Shown here: in pieces, positions 38,265 through 50,389 of the stretch | Layout of the letters: each line of letters opens with the position of its first letter | Numbering within the stretch: position 1 is the first letter of the stretch | The notes under the pieces: model-generated | What the model was told of the DNA's origin: nothing | What the model saw: the letters and a program-made list of their open reading frames with translations, nothing else | Databases searched by the model: none | Assembly: GCA_030324005.1 (NCBI GenBank) | Contig: JARDVH010000157.1 | Location: 25,298,444 to 25,356,200, forward strand | Origin: Negaprion brevirostris | Lineage: Eukaryota | Length of the DNA: 57,757 bases | Direction of reading: 5' to 3' | Made by a program: the position numbers and the translations under genes

Positions 38265-38520
38265 GGGGCATCAAAGCCAAGCCCAATCTAGGTGTCATCT
38301 GACATCCACACACTGCAGAAATTAATGGATATCAGTCAGGAAGACAAACCTTGAGTGATCTACGTCACTGCAAGTTCAAGGCAACTAAGGCCAATTTTAA
38401 AATCCTGAAGTCTGCTGTCACTGCTGAGGTCCATTAACCTCAGCATAGTCTGGCTACTGAAACTTGTATCTTCCTGGTCTATTACGGCTCAGTACTGCAG
38501 CAATGTGTTTTTATTCACAG
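38265..38520 (-). mobile_element. Ancient unidentified SINE-like family (related pieces at 6340-6480 +, 32640-32800 +, 49870-50070 -)
   Basis: Shared motifs agccaagc--aatc, gccaatt, gctgag, ctcagcatag between copies; highly diverged. Confidence 0.45.
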
Positions 38521-38975
38521 ATGACTTGTTGGATACAATGATGTTTGCAATTTGTAATTTTACAATGAAGAATCATTACACTTTACTTTTCCACAGACTT
38601 TCAATCAGCTATTTTGGTGCAATCTACGGGAGACCTGGAATATGTGTGAGCAGATCAGACAACTCTATCTCCTTAATTAGCCAATTTGAAGAATCCTTAC
38701 TAAGTCATGCAGTCCAAACTAGGAAGTATGAGCTAAAATAGTTAATTCAAAGCTTAGTCACGTATAGAAACTGAAATAAAGACAGGGAAAGAAATATGGG
38801 ATGAAGAAACAGAAATAAGAGATGGGGGGAAAGAAATATTTTTAAAAATCTCCAACGATAATTAAGGCTGAAGGAATGGGACTTTGCACCCGTAGAAGTT
38901 AATTCTCAGTGGCAGAAAGGTTGTTTGACAGTAATTAAGACTTACCATGCAGCTAAAACATTACTAATGCTGAAA

Positions 38976-39205
38976 CCAAAAGAAAAAACGCTGCAAAATC
39001 TCAGCAGGCCTAGCAGTATCTGTAAGGAGAGAAAAGAGCTGACGTTTCAAGTCCAAATGGCCCAATGCCAAAGCTTTGACAAAGGGTCATCTGGAGTCGA
39101 AACGTCAACTCTTTTCTCTCTTTACAGATGCCGCCAGACCTGCTGAGATTTTCCAGTATTTTCTCTTTTGGTTTTAGATTCCAGCAGTCACAGTAATTTG
39201 TTTTT
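38976..39205 (+). mobile_element. Palindromic Penelope-like/hammerhead-motif element, copy C
   Basis: ~100 bp inverted arms around caaag|ctttg (39069-39078); flanking direct repeat 38960-38975 / 39206-39221 (15/16). Confidence 0.75.
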
Positions 39206-39980
39206 ATTACCAATGCTGAAATGGACATGTGCTAACTTACTCTGATGATTTTGCTGGCTATTACATTAATACAGCCAAGTTCACATGTTAATGTTGAGTT
39301 TCTTGGTAAACTACNNNNNNNNNNCTGACTTCCACGTTTAATTGCGTGCGTGCAGTTGCAGTTATGTTCTTTACACTTTAAAAGCTGACAGTGCTGACGG
39401 CCTCATTGTTATATTACTGCCCGCTCCAGACCACTTCTTAAAATTTCATTACACGTTTCTGTGCTAATCAAAGAATTGAAAAGTGGTGCAATTTCTATGT
39501 TGGTGAAAGGGGTATCTAAACTGATTTTTCCGGTTGTTTTGAGAACAAAATAACTGCAGTATGTAGGAGCAGATTGTAACAATTGTAGCAGGGAGCAACA
39601 CAATTCTGTAAACCACAAGGGAAAAAGCTCAACTATCTATTGAAATCACAGACGCCTACATGAAATTACAACCTTGAAAACACTTGGGTGTTACATTTCC
39701 CCACAGTGTCGCTCACAAGCCGAGGAATGCATTTAAACTGAACAGCTCATCTTTTGTTTTCATTTGCATTTTCTTGGGACAAGGAGGCAGCATCGTACTA
39801 GTTTTGCTCATGCTTTCAAGTTTCTACACACAGATCACCACTGATGCCATTCTAAGTGTGAGAGTTAACATATTTCCTCCCCAGGGAACAAGATCACACG
39901 TGACTGCAGAAGCAGTGAAATAAGTCAATTCACTTTACTTACAGAAGTCAAAAGAAATATTAATCAGAAGGGAGATTTAC

Positions 39981-40081
39981 TTTGATTTAATGGGAACTTT
40001 CGGTCTCCATTTTCTTAGCTGGAATTGTCGCTCTTTCCTTTCTGTTTCTTTCAGGAATGTCATCAATTGCTGGTACTGTAC
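39981..40081 (-). CDS. VPS13D: VPS13D exon ~9 (101 nt), VQYQQLMTFLKETERKERQFQLRKWRPKVPIKS
   Basis: gcccag|GTA acceptor, AA|gtaaat donor, phase 0-2. Confidence 0.95.
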
Positions 40082-40269
40082 CTGGGCACACAAAAGGAGG
40101 ACACTAAAATAAGCAATCAGCTCAAAGGTATATCCAAAAGAGGTAAAAGGACTGTTTGTAAAAATGGAACACCATTCACAAGCTACATCTCTGATTTTGT
40201 TTTAAAACAGTAGATTGTACTTCACGTGAGATGTTGATCGCCACTATTACCAGGCTTTACAATTAAAAA

Positions 40270-41900
40270 CGTATTACTATGAAGCATCTTTAACATCCCA
40301 AAGGACTGATATCAAACAGACGTTAGGGCAAGTGACCAAATGTTTGGGCAGAAGGGTGGATTTTAAGGAGTCTTTTAAAGAAGAGAGGTGGGCAAAAGTG
40401 AAGAAAACTCAACAGCTTAGCACCTTGGCAGCTAAATGCATAACTGCCATGGATGGGGTGATTAAAATTGGGGATGTGCAAGACATCAGAACTGGAGGAA
40501 CACATCCATCTTGGCAAGTTATAGAGCTGGAAGATGTAGGAAGGGGTGAGGCCTTGAAAGGATTTATAAACAAGGATGAGAATTTTAAAATCAAGGCATT
40601 ACTTAACCAAGAGCCAGTGTAGGGTCAGCAAGCACAGAGATGAACATGAACGGGACTGGAGTTAAGTTATGGACTGCAAAGCTTTGGAAGAGTTTAAGTT
40701 TATGGAACATGGAAAACTGATGAAGAATACATTAAAACAGTCAAGAATGAAGATTACAAAGACATGTAATCTTTGGCAGATGAGTCTGCTGCAGGTGCAG
40801 AGTCAAGCAATTTTATGGAAATACATTTAGACGAACTTAATGATGGTGCTGTTATAGTGGAGGAAATTCCTGCTCTTCCATTACTGGATGACAGATAAGC
40901 AGTCTAACAATTTACAGCCAGTGGAGACAGCAAGAGAGGTGGTGAGTGTATCTGGCTGCCTGAGTGCTTATGCAAAACAGAAAGTTTGTTGCTTTTAGAT
41001 GAAGTCACTGAGGCACAGCATTTGGATGACGAGTAGTAGGAAGCTGATATGCCCTGGTTGTTGGTGGTGAGGCAGAGGGCTTTAGGGAATCACAGGTAAC
41101 GGTGCAGGAGTGAGAAAAAAAAAAGCTACTGCGGGTGATTCTCTTGTGTCCTACTGGATAGTTAAGAATGGGAATCAAGTGGGTCCAGTTCCATCCAGCT
41201 GGATGACAGAAGAGGCACTGGAGAAGGATTGTTCAGTCGCCCTTGTGAAAGATTGCAGACAGGTCAAGAAAGATGCAGAGGGGGAGTTTACCTTCNNNNN
41301 NNNNNNNNNNNNNNNNNNNNGGCTTTGAGCTGAGGTGTTCTGGCACAATAGGAGGGCAGAAAATCTGATTGGAGCCATTTATAAAAATGGAATTCCTAAA
41401 GATAATCACAGATTTGGGAAGTAACAGAATGGTCTAGAGCCTTGGAGAAGAAAGGACAGTTGTTTGCAAGGACAGAGGGAACATGGGATCATGGGTTGAT
41501 CTTTAGATTAGAGGTTAATAATGGTAGAGTTGAAGAGAATGGGGAGGACAACTAACAACACCAGCTAACATGGAGGCCATGAATCGAATTAGAGTAGACT
41601 GCAATTTATTGGAAATAACAGTAGAGGAAGGTGGATTTCATGGACGAGGTGAGCTTAGAGATGAGGGCATGAGGGGAGATAGGAAAGAAACTAAATAAAT
41701 ATGCACGTTCGGGATTATGCGATGGGGGATCCTTATAGGAACTTTGGCCTGGTGGGCAGCTGAATAGTTGGTCTTAATTTTAGTGACAACGCCCATAAAA
41801 TTGTTATATTTGTTGGAGGTGAAGGTGGAGGAGACAGGGAAGAGAGGTTTAAGACANNNNNNNNNNGTTTGCAGTACAGAAAAGAAAATTAGCAACTACC
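40270..41900 (-). mobile_element. Old L2-type LINE, long fragment
   Basis: Minus strand gives PILITPSMAVMHLAA (L2 C-terminal-like, frameshifted); long purine-rich + strand typical of antisense L2. Confidence 0.7.
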
Positions 41901-42648
41901 TGAGTTTTAAATACTCAGCGCAGACCCAAATGCACTTTCAACCCAGAATTATGTCCCAGGCCGAAATGGCAGGCCAGCCTTAATGCTGTCAATTCCCTAC
42001 ATGCACAAACCACCCTGCAAACAAAATTAGCCAACCAACAAAACATATCTCTAACAATACAATTCTGCTCAATCTAACCAGGATGAACAGACAGATAAAA
42101 ATTTATGCTTTCTCGCACGAGGGATGGTGTGTTATGCTACATGCTTTTAAGTCTCCATCTAACAGTTAGTATTAATCCCACTTCGGTCTTGATTTTCTTA
42201 ATTTTTCTGGTTCTCCTGCATTGCATCTATGCCATCCATCATGCATCCTTGTCACTGCATCCTCATCACATCATGTCATTTTACAGACATGGCTTCCTAG
42301 AATGTCCAACCTGGAACTCTGTCTCCCCAGTCCCTTCAAGTTACTAGTTTTAAAAGGAAAGTTTGGCATCACCTAGTTGTTACTTTTTGAGCTACCTTAT
42401 CTTTTCTCCTACTCATTAGACTTTGATCCTTCACGCATGAGGTTGTCATTTTAAGGGGTGTATATCAATGGTGTTCCTGTTGGTTACACTGTGTCACACC
42501 AAGCTCTAAGGACAATATTGCCCCATCTTTACAGCTGGGGCACAGTAACAAAGCACAGATGATGAACAGATCATCTTGCCTGTGGATATTTTAGCCAATT
42601 TTGTTAAAATTCCAAATGCTTCCCTAGTCTCTGAACTTCGTGACTTAC

Positions 42649-42819
42649 CTGTGATAGTTTTAATGGAATTGTCTTTAGCTTGACATCACACTCAATGCGT
42701 GGAGTGTTCCGGGAGCGCAAGGGTTCTTTGGTTCCATTCCTCTTTAACAGCGCAGAGGCACAGACTGGTTCCAGTATGTACTTGTGGTCTCGGTTTTCCA
42801 GGAAATAATCCATTGCTTC
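42649..42819 (-). CDS. VPS13D: VPS13D exon ~8 (171 nt), EAMDYFLENRDHKYILEPV...IPLKLSQ
   Basis: ttccag|GAA acceptor, CAG|gtaagt donor, phase 0-0. Confidence 0.96.
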
Positions 42820-43379
42820 CTGGAAAGTCAAAATAATATACGAGGTGTAAAAATATTAATTACTTTATTCCAATATCATTCAGACCTTAGTCACAGAAAT
42901 TCTTATTAAAGTTATATTTTTACTCAATAAAGAAAAATCTGACAATTATTTATTCAAGCCATCATCCATTTTTACAGAAGAAAATATTAGCTTCAGTCGA
43001 ATTTTAATAATGTCTCTCCCCAATTTTCTCATCCGTGTGGAAACCCTTAGCAGTCACCAAGATAGACAATGAAGGAGACATTGAACCACTACCATTCTGG
43101 TGTAGATTCATTTTAAGAGGACAAAGATAATTGAAAACTAGCCTGAAAGCCATAAGATCCGAGAAATTATATTACCAGTGAAATCTGCATTTAGTGGATG
43201 GCATCTAAAGCAATGCACCCCAATATGGGTCAGCATCTTCAGAGGAGAGAAGGAAACGCAGAAAAACTTTTGCATAAATATCAATACTAATATTGTGAAC
43301 TTACAAAGTTATAAGCCTACCACAATGCACACTTCATTTTTATCTATCCCTTTAAGGCTGTTATAAATATTACAATGTC

Positions 43380-43676
43380 TTATTATCGCAAGTAGGCTTA
43401 CCTTAACACTGCAATTAAGCCATTGTGAAAATCTCCTACTTGCGCACTCCAGCACCTGTTCTNNNNNNNNNNNNNNNNNNNNNNNNNNNNNNNNNNNNNN
43501 NNNNNNNNNNNNNNNNNNNNNNNNNNNNNNTTGGACTGTGAGGGAACCAGAGCACCCAGAGGAAACCCACGCGTTCACAGGGAGAACATGCAGACTCTGC
43601 ACAGATAGCGACCCAAGCCAGGAATCAAGCCCAGGTGCCTGCTGGTGTGAGGCAGCACTGCTAACCACTGTGCCAC
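43380..43676 (-). mobile_element. V-SINE with gtaagcctacttg tail
   Basis: tRNA head ggcacagtggttagcagtgctgcctcaca, V-domain, tail; internal N gap. Confidence 0.88.
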
Positions 43677-44574
43677 CTGTTTAGTCTAGCACTGGAAAAT
43701 TTCATTCATTAAGCCTAACCTACATGAGTTTTCCAATGCACAGCTCACTGTTAAAGAAGGTGTTCTCTTGCCTAGTCAGCCAAACCATTCCTCATGATTA
43801 ATTCAGTGACAGACGATGCAACCAAATACATTGCACAGCTTCACCCAGCTGTAACGTCACAATAGGAAGGTCATCAGCAAATAACTGCAAGAGTGTTCTA
43901 GCAAAGAACTGTTGCGAATGCCATCGATTTTATGGTTTTGTGACAATATTCAATTGGAAAGGGTTTTTTTTTACCATGACACTTTTTACGAATAAAAAAA
44001 AATCATTGCTTTAAAGATATCTATTCAAATGTTTTTACCCTACAATTATTTGTTTGTTTGAGAATACAGGTCAAGCCTAACAACGTAAAACTAAATTAAT
44101 AATCATTAAATTGAAATTACACATGCTGAGGTCAGAGCAAGTTATATTCATAATTCAGTCCATCCACATTGTTAATCTTAAAACTTCCTTTCAACCAGTT
44201 CGCTTTTTGTCCCTTTTAATTAACATTTTTTGTCTAAACAAAAATTAAGAAGTGAACAGGTTTGAACGAACAGATTTTTAAAGGCTGGTGACCCTTGAAT
44301 AATGAATTTTAAAATGACACGGTAGGTGGCTCTTACAATCTCAGATTCTTTAAAATGCCAATTTCAGTTGGATGCCCAGGACTGTGGAATATTTACATAC
44401 TGCATTAATGAAACAAATCCAAGTCACAATATACTACTCTTAAATGAAATATAATCTCTGATCCCCAAAGACCAGGTGATAATGTGACTCTGCTGATTGT
44501 TCATATACTAACAAGGGTGTCAGAACGTGCAGTTCAACTGATTTATTAAACTTCTGAGTAAATAAACTTCAAAC

Positions 44575-44679
44575 CTGGAGTTCAGCAGTAGTAATGTCCC
44601 CCAATAGCTTACAATCTACATCCCAGTAAATGCTGAAATCCTCAATCTGTAGTCTCTTCTTTCTTATCGACTTTTCAAC
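44575..44679 (-). CDS. VPS13D: VPS13D exon ~7 (105 nt), VEKSIRKKRLQIEDFSIYWDVDCKLLGDITTAELQ
   Basis: ttgcag|GTT acceptor, CAG|gtttga donor, phase 0-0; FSIYWD motif. Confidence 0.95.
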
Positions 44680-45409
44680 CTGCAAGGTAAAAAGAATATG
44701 ATTAAGTAAAGCAGCAATGTTAATGTTGCAGGATACCTGCAACATTATAGATTTAAGTTATAGATAACAGAACATTTCTGTTAAATGAACTGCTNNNNNN
44801 NNNNCTATCCCTTTCCAGTGCCCTTTCACAACATTACATAGAAATCCATACAAACCTTTTGCAAAGTGCCACACTGTGAACTTGCACAAATGCATGATCT
44901 TTTTTCTGCAAGGGATTATAAAGCTGCATTATCCTGATCTGTATATTTGCAAAAGTAAGCACACTGTGATATGGTAGCCCTTTAATATCACAGGTAGCGA
45001 AACAGGGCTTATCAACCAACAACATATAGATAGGGCAAATTTTTGTGCGTTGGAGTTATTGGTGTGTTCCATTATCATATATTCTACAACAGGACAGCAT
45101 TAAGTGCAGCACACTTGGTAACTGCAGGAAGTCTATTTCCAGTACTTAATTTGTAAACTAGTGTTTCCCAAATGCTTTCTCCACTGGGACTCCAATTTGA
45201 GAATAATAAATTGCTAATTAATAATTGTATCTTTATAACNNNNNNNNNNNNNNNNNNNNNNNNNNNNNNNNNNNNNNNNNNNNNNNNNNNNNNNNNNNNN
45301 NNNNNNNNNNNNNNNNNNNNNNNNNNNNNNNNNNNNNNNNNNNNNNNNNNNNNNNNNNNNNNNNNNNNNNNNNNNNNNNNNNAACCTTTCTTTAAGACGA
45401 GAGCTCCAG

Positions 45410-46625
45410 AAAGCATTTAAAGTTCCTCATATAGATTAAAACTGAACAACATTGGAACTAAAGGCAGATTATTGACTTGGTTAGGTGATAGGCTGAGCAG
45501 CAGCAGCAGTCAGGGTATGGATAAGGCACATGTACTCTAATTGTCAGGATTGACCACTGGTGACCTCCTCAAGAATGTGTTTGACTCAACCCTTCTGCAC
45601 ATTTATTAACAACTGGGAGATAAAAAGCCATGTATCCAAATTTGCTGAAGACACAAGCTTTGATGGCATTGTAACCAATGTGGATGGGTGCATAAANNNN
45701 NNNNNNTTTGGTAGCAATAACAGAAAGACAGTTTATTTTTTGAATAGATGTAAATCGAGAAAGGTAGATATCATCAAAAGCTTGGTTCCCTCATGCATCA
45801 GTAAGCACGCTGGCAGTAAAGAAGACAAATGGTATGTAGGTCTTCACTGCAAGGGGATTTGAGTATAGGGATAGGGGTGTTTTGTTGCAATTGTATAGGG
45901 TTCACCATGGTAGGCTTCTGCAGAAAATGCAGATGTATGGNNNNNNNNNNNNNNNNNNNNNNNNNNNNNNNNNNNNNNNNNNNNNNNNNNNNNNNNNNNN
46001 NNNNNNNNNNNNNNNNNNNNNNNNNNNNNNNNNNNNNNNNTGTTGCAATTGTATAGGGTGTTGGTGAGGCCACACCTGGAGTATTGTCTGCAGTCTTGGT
46101 GTCCTTATCCGAGGAAGGATGTTCTTGTCATAGAGGGAGTACAGTGAAGATTTACCAGGCTGAAAGTCTGGGACGGAAGGTCTGTCATATGAGGAGAGAC
46201 TAAGTCAGTTAGGATTATATTCACTGGAGTTTAGAAGAGTGATAGGGGACCTCATAGAAACTTATAAAATTCCAACAGGATTTGACAGGGTAGAATCAGA
46301 AAGAATGCTCCCAATAGTGGGGGAGTTCAGAACTAGGGGTCATAGTTTGTGAATAAGGAGTAAACCTTTTAGAACTGGGGTGAAAAGAAATTTCTTCACC
46401 CAGAAGGTGGTGAATGTGTGGAATTCACTACCACAGAATGTAGTTGAGGTCAAAACATTGATTTCAAGAATAAATTAGATTTAGTTCTAGGGGCTAAAGG
46501 GATCAAGGGATATGGGGTGGGGGAAGGTGAGATCGGAATATTGAATATGATAATTAGCCATGATCAAAATGAATGGTAGAGCAGGCTTGAAGGGCGAATA
46601 ACCTACTTCTGCTTCTAGTTTCTAT
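45410..46625 (+). mobile_element. CR1 RT-to-3' fragment with a nested insertion
   Basis: SKFAEDT; ttggtgaggccacacctggagtattgt; ttcttcacccagaaggtggtgaatgtgtggaattcactacc. Confidence 0.9.
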
Positions 46626-46689
46626 ATCAATAGATTTATCAAATGAATCTCAATGCATGCCTGTGCAAGGTTAGCTACTGTGGACCTAA

Positions 46690-47410
46690 AAAGGATAGAA
46701 CACAGAGTACTTTCTAATTGGTGAAAAGCTAGAAACAGTGACAGGCTAAAGAGACTTGGGTCGATGCACATAAATTATTAAAATGATAGCTACAGAAAAT
46801 AATCAGAAGGCTAATGGAATGCTGCCCTTTAAAACTAAAGAACTAGATCCAAAGTCAAAGCTATGCATAGGTCTAGCTAAACCACACCAAGTACTGAGCG
46901 CTGTTCTGGGCACAATACATTGAAGGGACAGCATTGTAATTTACCAGAATAATACCTGGACTTCAAGGGGGTTAAATTATAAAAGTGAGATTGCACAAAC
47001 TAGGGTTTCATTCCTGGGAATTTATATAGTTAGGGAGCTATCAAAGTTTAAGATAATATGAGAAACTGAGGGAACACAGACAGAAACTATTTCCACTGGT
47101 TGAAGTGTCTAAGATTAGAAGGCATATTCTAAACTGATGTTCTTTCAGGATTTGCAGCATTTTGCTTCCACTCCAGGAGTGAAGTTGAGAAACATTTTTA
47201 CATGCAAAAGGATGGTAGAAGTTTGGATTTCTCTTACCAAAACAGCAATTAATGCAAAGTCAATTGCTCAGTGTATATCTGTTTTTGCTAGCCAAAGGTG
47301 TTGATGGACAGGGAGAAAACGTAGGCATAGGAAGTTAGGTCACAGATCAGTCTGAATTCACTGAATAGCAGAAAACCCTTGAGGGATTAAGGCCTACTCC
47401 CGTCCCAATG
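46690..47410 (+). mobile_element. Old CR1 3' fragment
   Basis: gaaggctaatggaatgctg...ggcctactcc. Confidence 0.75.
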
Positions 47411-48056
47411 TTGAAAAAAGATCTAAAGCACTGTGCATTCTCTGAAACTGCTGGCCACCAAGAAAGCTATCTTATTTGCAGTTGCTCCTGTTTATATCAA
47501 TGGTCCAGACAGAAATCCGATGATTATTTATTTAGCAAGTGGATATGACTAGTTGACATTAAAATATGATTGGATCAGATTGGTATATTGGACAAATATT
47601 GAATTCAATGCCCCTAGCTCTTCATCTTAAATTACTAATTTTAGACTGGCTTAGAAAAGTAATTCTGATTTACAATTTTCATTAATAGATGGGAAAATTA
47701 AACAGCTCATGGCACTATATTTATAGCAGGCAACAGCATGTATATATAGTCCACTCAGTTTTAACTTCCATTACATATAGGATGGCCTACAGCATGCACG
47801 CTTCACTGTACTCGAGGTATGTTTGGAATTAACAGTTCCTTCACTGTCACCAACTCAGAAATCTGGAACTTTTTCCCTAACAGCAATGCGAGTATATATG
47901 GAGTGCAGCAGTCAAGTAGTGCCTCACTGCCACATTCTCTCGTACAATTAGGGACGGACAATACGTACTGACCTTGCAAGTGGCGCTCACATCACAGGAA
48001 CAAATAAAAACATCAACACAAGTACTGCCATTCACTACCTCAATGTTGGAACTTAC

Positions 48057-48173
48057 CATCTCGTCTTCTGCATTTTGCACAGACACACTCTTGATACAGA
48101 CCCCAAATGCAAATGGATGGTCAGGATTGGTAGTGTCATCTTCAAAACGTAAATGGACATTTCGCACCTTCAG
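48057..48173 (-). CDS. VPS13D: VPS13D exon ~6 (117 nt), LKVRNVHLRFEDD...QNAEDEM
   Basis: atctag|CTG acceptor, ATG|gtaagt donor, phase 0-0. Confidence 0.96.
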
Positions 48174-49494
48174 CTAGATGGGGGAAGAAACACAGGCTCA
48201 ATGTCCATTGTATTATTTAGGTCTAAAATCATGCTGCTAGTAAATCCCCCTAGAATTGTGTCTGCACACCAGTTTCTGAATTTCAAAAATAACTCATTGC
48301 CTGTAAAGCACTTGGGATATCCCAAGATATGAGCTACATAATATAAAAACAAGTTTCTTCTTGTACCGCAGTCAACATCAATTCAAATGTGCAATAATCA
48401 CCCATCATTAAGTGGTGCAGAAATGCATTACACATTCAGTATTAAACCTATAGTTATGTACTAAATTTGACACGTACAATAGTTTTTATGCTGATTTCAT
48501 TTAATGGAAGCAATAGCAACCATTAATCGGCTGGCTATGTCCAACAACACTTGACTTAACCCAAAACTTCAAAGACCAATATTAGTACTAACACTCCCAT
48601 CTTCTATCACAATTTTCCCCTTCCATTTCTAAAGGTCGTATTTCCAAGTTACAATCTGACAAGGAAAAGCCACTTCCAGTAACATATCCAAGTTGCCATT
48701 CTTCAAATTAGCTTAAATGGGGAATGTCAAATAGTTGACTATCAATATTTTAAAATCATATGAGCTACTTCCCAATACTCTGTTTGAGTTCTCTAAAAAT
48801 TCATAAGCAAGCCCACACTTCCTATGAATTAAAACCTGAATCACAAGTGAACTTTGAGCCCTTGTTATTGTGGTAAATATCTGAAATAGTAAGAAATGTG
48901 AAGGAATACTTCTGAATGACACCAGACTGACAGATTATGTAACTGAAGTTTAAAAAAAAACCACTTATTGTCACAGATAAATTATACAGGGGAAAACAAG
49001 AAATCAGAAGATTAGACATAATTACCCTTCACAGATACATTAATATGTATATCGTTTCATCATAATTTACTGACTGTGATGATATGATGTACATGGGCTT
49101 CGAGCACCAAGTTCCAGCCTACTGCTGTGATCCAGAAGATTGATTAAGCATTTGAGCTAGCAACTGGCAATTTGCCACAGTATTTATATCTGGCTTGACT
49201 GACAATCAAGACATACATCAAAAACATTTCTCTAAAATACAAGATTTCAAGTATATTCTGACAAATCTCATTCAAAGCTAAATTTTGTCAGTGAAAAATG
49301 GCCTTTCTGAATAGACAACTGTTACAGATAGGGGCTCTGATAGTTTCTTGCAATAGCAAACTCACATTGAAGAACTTATCAAACCATTTTGCACTGACAG
49401 AAGAATGCTTACACACAGTCATACAGTGACATAACACCTCCCCAAACTCCTTTTAAAAGTCACACTTACACTCGAGAGGTTTCTAGATTCCTCA

Positions 49495-49709
49495 GATAAA
49501 AGTAAAATTACTGTGGATGCTGGGACCTGAAACCAAAACAAAAGATACTGGAAAATCTCAGCTGGTTTGATAGCATTTGTGGAGAAAGAACACAGCTAAC
49601 ATTGAGTCTGGAAGACCCTTTGTAAGTCCAGACTTGAAACGTTGGTTCTCTTCTCTCTCCACAAATGCTGTCAGACTTGCAGAGATTTTCCAGCATCTTT
49701 TGTTTTTGC
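49495..49709 (-). mobile_element. Palindromic Penelope-like/hammerhead-motif element, copy D
   Basis: Inverted arms with a central deletion at ~49620; flanking direct repeat 49481-49494 / 49710-49723 (12/14). Confidence 0.7.
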
Positions 49710-50308
49710 TTCTATATTCTTCACTGTCCCCTGTACAAACGCAAAGTTCTCTTAAAAGTGCTGTTAAAGAAAGCCCAGTTTAAAACTGCTCAAACTACAT
49801 GGCCTAGCCATAAATTCTTAGAGATAAAATAAGTAATTTATTCTGGATTGATCCTGATTTGTATCATAGGCAGCTCAGCCAAGCTTAATCCTGTTCTCAC
49901 AGGACACCACGCATAAAAATGAACCTAATCACACAAGTCACTGGATAATGATTAGAAGCAGAAACACAAGCTTGCTGAAGCCAATTACAATACTCGACTT
50001 TTAATTCAGCTGAGATGAAAGAACTCCACAGACCACAATCTGACCTGAATTATGCCTCTAGCCACACCAGGCAATTGGAAGGATTCTAAATTTAATAGAC
50101 ATGTTTAACTCATACATATTAATCAGAAACAATGAAGGATGGTACTCCCCCCTCATATCATAAATACAGAGATACAATACTTCAGAATTAAGTCAGATTT
50201 TCAAAGGTGACTGCAGCAGAAACCAGTGTTCTGTAAACAAAAGCTTGAACTTGACTATGTTTTTATATAAAAGTGAAGACTATTATAATTACCATTTTTC
50301 CAACTCAC

Positions 50309-50389
50309 CTCCACATTTTCCACAATTCTGGTTACCATGGAAGCAGTAGCCGAGTACCAGTAGGATTCCCCTTTCTGCTGCTGGTTACT
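50309..50389 (-). CDS. VPS13D: VPS13D exon ~5 (81 nt), SNQQQKGESYWYSATASMVTRIVENVE
   Basis: tttcag|AGT acceptor, GAG|gtgagt donor, phase 0-0. Confidence 0.96.

Noticed and set aside
42170-42280. Possible C/D snoRNA (GTGATGA on the host strand)
   Set aside because: No convincing CTGA D box with a terminal stem; the region is low-complexity gcatc-rich sequence. I found no snoRNA in the window, though an Rfam scan would be needed to exclude one.
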